Source of the DNA: a virus
Lineage: Duplodnaviria > Caudoviricetes
Length of the DNA stretch: 64,000 nucleotides
Reading direction: 5' to 3' (one strand)
IMG/VR virus record: IMGVR_UViG_3300043078_000170
Below are positions 62,001 to 64,000 of this stretch, one piece after another (positions within the stretch are counted from its first letter, which is position 1; every line of letters begins with the position of its first letter). A model generated the notes under the pieces. The model was not told the origin of the DNA and did no database searches. It saw only the letters and a list, made by a program, of their open reading frames with translations. Made by a program: the position numbers and the translations under genes.

Positions 62001-63512
62001 TTCAAATGAATAGTTTTCACTATAATGAAAATCTCTTAAATTAAAATCATTTAATAAGAAATCTCTTAAATTATTATTCCATGAAATTATTGAAGATGAA
62101 ATTACTATTTCATTATTTTCATATTTCTCGGAAATTTCATCAATTATATTAACTATTTTAATAATTTGATCTTTAACTGTTTCATCATTAATATAACTTG
62201 AATAACCATAGATATTAATAATTAAAGGATTATCACTATTATCTTCTGAATAAATATTACGATTATTTTCTGAATCTTCATCATATACAAAACCATCACC
62301 ATCTTGATCAATTGCATCTGCAGGTTCTCCATCAAATTGGTCATTTTTGATATATGTATAGAATAAAGAATATAAAGCTAACATAGCATCATATAGTTTA
62401 ATAGTATTTGAACTAATATCAGTATTTTTAAATGATAAAGAAGTATTTACTCCATTTTCTCTATCTTGTAACATAGCATCATTTAAAAGATACATAAAAT
62501 AAGAAAGTGCTTTACCATTTTTAATCATATCTACAACGTATTCAATAGAAATATACTTAGTATCTAAAGTATTGAAAGACTGATAAAGTACTTCATCTTT
62601 ACTAGCTCTCCAATATGGATCATCACCAGTAATTTCTTCAAAAGTATAAGTTTCATTAGTGTCAGTATTTAATTCTTCATCATAAGGTACTTGATAAAAA
62701 ATTAAATCACCCTTTGGATTTTCTTTGGTTGGTTGATACTTTGCTAATACATATTTGTAAATATTAAGATTATTTACCATTAAGACTTCTTTAATATATT
62801 CAAATGCTGTATCGTCACCTTTATCTCTTTGTAAATCATTTAATAATTTAATTAATCTTCTTTGATAAGTAATTGGGAGACTATCAAAATAATCAACACC
62901 ATTTGAAATAAAATAGTTCTTACACTGGAATTTATTAAAAGTATCTACATCAAATTGATTTTTCATTCTATAAGTAATATATCTTTGAATTGCCATGAAT
63001 AAAAGATATACTTCAGAAAATCCTCTATATAAATCTTCATTTTTAAAAGATTTTGTTCTAGTTACATTATTCCAATAGAATAATGATTCATTATAACACT
63101 TTAAAAATAACTGTTCTTGCCATTCTTCTAGTAATACATTGCCATTACTATCTGTTGTATTGATACAAGTTAGTATACTATAATCTTCAGCCATTCTTGA
63201 ATTTAAAGGATCAATATTATAATCAGTTAATAACCAACGATAGTATTTATTAGTTTCCTCATACATTCCTTTTAATTTTTCTCTTTGAGTTTCTGTATAA
63301 TTATCTTGCTTATAACAAGCTTTAATATATACATTTGAATTTCTTGCAGAAATATCAGTTTCATATTTATCTGCCATATCAGAATCTTTAACAACTACAC
63401 CAGAAGCATAATCAAAAAGATTCTGGAGTTCATCTATATCTTCTGTATTGACTAAACCATATGAATATTTTTTAAATAATTCTCTACGGCTCAATGTATC
63501 CATAAATAACAC
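53076..63512 (-). CDS. Giant virion protein (baseplate wedge/fibre-like) with BspA-type leucine-rich repeats
   Basis: 3478-aa ORF with late-type promoter. IPSTIVYFGEGVFKNN, LPYNLGFIESEAF, IGYSCFSGCSRL, CENCISLINVEFGNKLYIISDNNF are LRR_5-like. Confidence 0.65.
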   Translation of the reverse strand: MLFMDTLSRRELFKKYSYGLVNTEDIDELQNLFDYASGVVVKDSDMADKYETDISARNSNVYIKACYKQDNYTETQREKLKGMYEETNKYYRWLLTDYNIDPLNSRMAEDYSILTCINTTDSNGNVLLEEWQEQLFLKCYNESLFYWNNVTRTKSFKNEDLYRGFSEVYLLFMAIQRYITYRMKNQFDVDTFNKFQCKNYFISNGVDYFDSLPITYQRRLIKLLNDLQRDKGDDTAFEYIKEVLMVNNLNIYKYVLAKYQPTKENPKGDLIFYQVPYDEELNTDTNETYTFEEITGDDPYWRASKDEVLYQSFNTLDTKYISIEYVVDMIKNGKALSYFMYLLNDAMLQDRENGVNTSLSFKNTDISSNTIKLYDAMLALYSLFYTYIKNDQFDGEPADAIDQDGDGFVYDEDSENNRNIYSEDNSDNPLIINIYGYSSYINDETVKDQIIKIVNIIDEISEKYENNEIVISSSIISWNNNLRDFLLNDFNLRDFHYSENYSFETIENLYNNPYKLLSLSSTDNATVGNMTIKSEFLELANFIKANEIYDTVNYNSYNQSINGYTDLDDVYHKGFNLYTEIKNDNLQEALSYLKTLIFNGDLNVEFLSIHSNFKILFKKYLAYCIINNDIVTSEDLGDEDNFYTYYNPKYDLFYTFMIHNDVIYNELVDYCHEMYGYKVAYFNNFLDNRYNEDGLNYFMKFINLVKNNFFTSDILYKYRNLLTFLEVFSVLSKEINSKNSSSSLEVTGLTNLSSNYSDINISTLMQVLNKNEQIRSELERYITECEEREIYLELKKLLNIKFKSDFNFDIYHEFESFKEYLLNNDEELYNFVTEFGTFNTDNERREEIEERILELSTAIETYIASNGNIVYNSTFNVIFSNMKEFASLLIEVFKAYTLDTLYSNNVLDFDDPVGEQIKIFDEMDDIDFEHFQLDAEPEYLDIQDDIRKDNGDIDSSYNLFIRNLILNTFESDEELSLKDEYLQYIKAYVNIYEGSENLPYAVTNLSPSEFKIKYGDVILSSPLGLSNETYKYNYIEDSYWYLQNSYTGECDISSMKSFNYYDKNQNKTISYNICINKENDLDESNDRDSRGYIVYKNSTYYIYKPSSNNTYKIEEIGENDNIAYISNISNVDISDGNVTRSKYKFTLNIYNHETNKFEPAEKSGFLSVSFFNNNFINYLVEHDMTEGDFNVYYDPYLECGYYSNVYYYNPLTNINSEDNDLMFLSLNTDYYLNNYNDTSRKTDNRRETLFYMRDNRGYNFTETGRIYYNEKIHKEIVTVPDIDYINYLNENDMVNGDYIYKLKDSADYTYYSTTEIDNTNKYKINDNAESLTNIYTTSIKGNEVKSIELELGKKYYLNIHYSYSDLIKMYEDMNYSDIFKERTIYIKMNKSDVDSFINKVGIDTALMFDFELVSIIDVEDSEYKNVIENIDAIDTEYKIYAVTFKTKKGVKKSMTDLLDENSLSELLNFIDKVGSSRDSDLGYNKDNPFMFSNISNQTEGIKVIYDPLDEMLKYKIYFVVDNSTGSTTIYKYDHECSTTDKLYKIGYGYTLNKSDKFSINILYEALRYYNYEDFHNQIEYTDEIINGKTSVLPLAISINSGEELLPEPILTEEDGILKVFHTDYTEEQLKKFSIMNDSAFNYYTGNIFDFFYTIKNYSANNYTDNNNKNHYYIDYINSNKSETNFDIIITKDLLTSDLMMNAGTSFNALDDNFKLSIPSTINNNAYLVTLYQNIEKPDTSTNITIEITDKTDSDDDESSITQNFAYIAVENKGITDYTAESYTNKTRPLLYEVSKFASSLGLRNISTNNIISKSAIAAAAAINEMSKVGRFTVKTYLNDTSEENILTLEGQHDESNIVYDENYNYVRLKTFNKFNDYSDFGSDILGNNEKDKEFFYDYDYAKEIGATEKIIDSGICDGPLSNDLVETHIIIKNNDEIIYDSYNNCFNESLKLNNDNETIKRNSTYNVYVETLIQNTGANNGNFLFNLDIDDDKTVGCTFSNKKITYDSDIYGNSIAILNFDFTPTKKECNLKFKMSGIIIFETILDYDFTDENSDTHKLLLISPSKNRNLQSDATKNQKDVHTHCGSIVYYGDGSGLQSMPFTYTTHEFDTSDDDKKQRRVMISTGLPMSAHNNRATNEYSNYNPITNYCFAIDNYWLTTDNYTITMPFLLYKEEIENTTTNEENILATFNTKINYDINGTKYWSKTNNNYILKYGNNKLETSYSYLFNDDGIFKDINNRAPSVTVTNTSNKYITNARIPSTIVYFGEGVFKNNKNFDSFTFGPLATYYGESLFENSLLKEVYFLNNALTCSNYRRTIDKKTPPVYSDSSFNINYIPYNSNDNIYGFATFGSKSFKNISTFKDNHFSIKLPYNLGFIESEAFYLSTLNQIIFDNCNYIYTTSINAFSENEYLNRRYIVDSKGNDYRDEDDNLVYEGQAKMDDSKYSYDSEGNFQEYNTTVFDEKLQPTNGYKFSDQLSIKFKHGDNVFINRFHSNVFIDDIYAKTIDTGNAYAIGYSCFSGCSRLMNLLLPEVIYFGNFFVENVQSSMDVDPRVKSFIINYNNKKYLAYYYKDSDIESGYRVNIDGKAYEIMTSCFNGTYIGNHAIYVNCKTGWLYYNHDDKNFHGKMVDIYEENKDEVDGEDYYIDPKYIYYERDGYTDYNEYIDYIESVIEEKPEIYNNGEDSTLLVTKFKDYYLEYVNSGYNAEKVMVTTASNVSKVCENCISLINVEFGNKLYIISDNNFINCGKLRINNNHLYSIDSDYTEDSIIDLGELIKDDSDFSIEDNNVKYIEKFYDVNKPYVNWNSLIAVEINDIIYNDAFNIIYHGTNDEFKEVRKKINWNARGNKQKYKNISTVSNKRIESPYSKVGDLPYLHEKDDNFTGNNYFTLTMNDSELYFDSLETYKKNDNTYEKDNNYTFTIYSLKDFNPDNNFTYDGDPLNSLYLRAKNTYNNIDSVLATIHENKIAGSTYSDERKRSNEYWYIDPLKVEKYLPSSTENVPKFSTNEYHRTKTESLDAFPDRYYTDDDDIKKEIFKNYIKDLNIIKFNQNKFSDNESEYANKNLYLFKATVKSKMRNINIDNIDYEIPSRNFIDGYQYFNLDFDNDDYTGYYVSNYERSGKKIALFNETIQELISDVVDNSINNPIFKDNISYMYRYGYNGASRILLDTTLEDLANSKYKSNYKNFCHFYEGRKFEKNPDDPDDVCGTLSLNESDFNELVNKDNTSKPLTPSVLNYATSYQLDGFGCIAYGMLGMENPRGRFNAENYNGITLYDISANYPIKDFTDSEDNYLLKDTNTIFLKDCDITNKNSNYYINIRNVYDYNEKYTNTNQFRTIPNATTNIIISKENDDKLKTSSLNRFSFIYRLFGVIYDSTANKIVGYRINGWMKENEKKGYRSFSDTVTILAEDYYDTLNVEDKEFTFNNTTYNLHDIYNDLLKNTVISNNLVKISFAGGIREIDLSSTTKENISTNIDFIK

Positions 63513-63672
63513 CTCTTTTGTAAAATAATTTAATTTGTTGTTAAATTATTAAATTAAATATAAATATATATAAATATATATTATTTTTGTGATTAAAATA
63601 ATTTAATTTTTTAAATTTAATTTTTAAATTTTAAATAAAATATAATATTATATAAAAGGAGGAAAAAATAAA

Positions 63673-64000
63673 ATGTCTTTAAGCTCAAAGCATAATTATA
63701 TTAATAAAAATATTAAATATATTAAAAATGCAATTATTACTGAATATGATATGAAGAATGGAGGAATATCAATTTTATATCATAAAGGGTTTTTAACAAA
63801 AGATGAATATGATTATTTAATGAATAATTTAAATAAATTAGAAAGAAATATTGAAATAGGTAAATGGTTAAAGAATAATAAAGAAGTTTCTATAGGTTTA
63901 ATGGAAGGGTTTAAAGAAGCTAGAGAATTATTCTTCAATGAAAATGATATTAATGATTCAGATGTTTTATCTATTAAAAAAGATGCAATATTTCTTATTG
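63673..64000 (+). CDS. Partial ORF, divergent DNA polymerase palm-like protein
   Basis: AGGAGG RBS and early-type promoter. ITEYDMKNGGISIL (motif A-like) and VLSIKKDAIF (motif C-like). Runs off the window. Confidence 0.5.
   Translation, partial: MSLSSKHNYINKNIKYIKNAIITEYDMKNGGISILYHKGFLTKDEYDYLMNNLNKLERNIEIGKWLKNNKEVSIGLMEGFKEARELFFNENDINDSDVLSIKKDAIFLI

Noticed and set aside
1-64000. Stop-codon reassignment (TAG to Gln) as in some gut phages
   Set aside because: Genes are full length under code 11, interruptions are explained by introns, and no suppressor tRNA is seen.

Overview
Very AT-rich window from a jumbo bacteriophage of the phiKZ-related, AR9/PBS1-like type. The host is probably a Firmicute (AGGAGG Shine-Dalgarno sites, Gram-positive cell-wall hydrolases). 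The window encodes a GroEL-like chaperonin, an orphan HicA, three pieces of a split multisubunit (probably virion) RNA polymerase (beta-N, beta-C, beta'-C), a RecD/Dda-like helicase, GyrB/GyrA, tRNA-Tyr, three Zn-repeat PD-(D/E)XK homing-type endonucleases, an all-alpha NTP pyrophosphatase, two giant paralogous tail/lysin proteins, baseplate and internal head proteins, and a 3478-aa virion protein with LRRs. Five self-splicing introns were resolved by hand: four group I (gyrB, two in beta-N, one in beta-C) and one ORF-less group II intron in beta-C. Two phage promoter classes are visible: TATATATTAT-N5-TG (early-type) and AAC[A/T]-N6-TA (AR9-like late-type, hinting at uracil DNA). The most novel-looking signal is a C39-like cysteine peptidase domain split between the two giant paralogues: the catalytic Cys half is in one gene, the His/Asp half is in the other, and G-x-G linkers separate the enzyme modules. 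All assignments come from motif recognition by eye; no searches were run.
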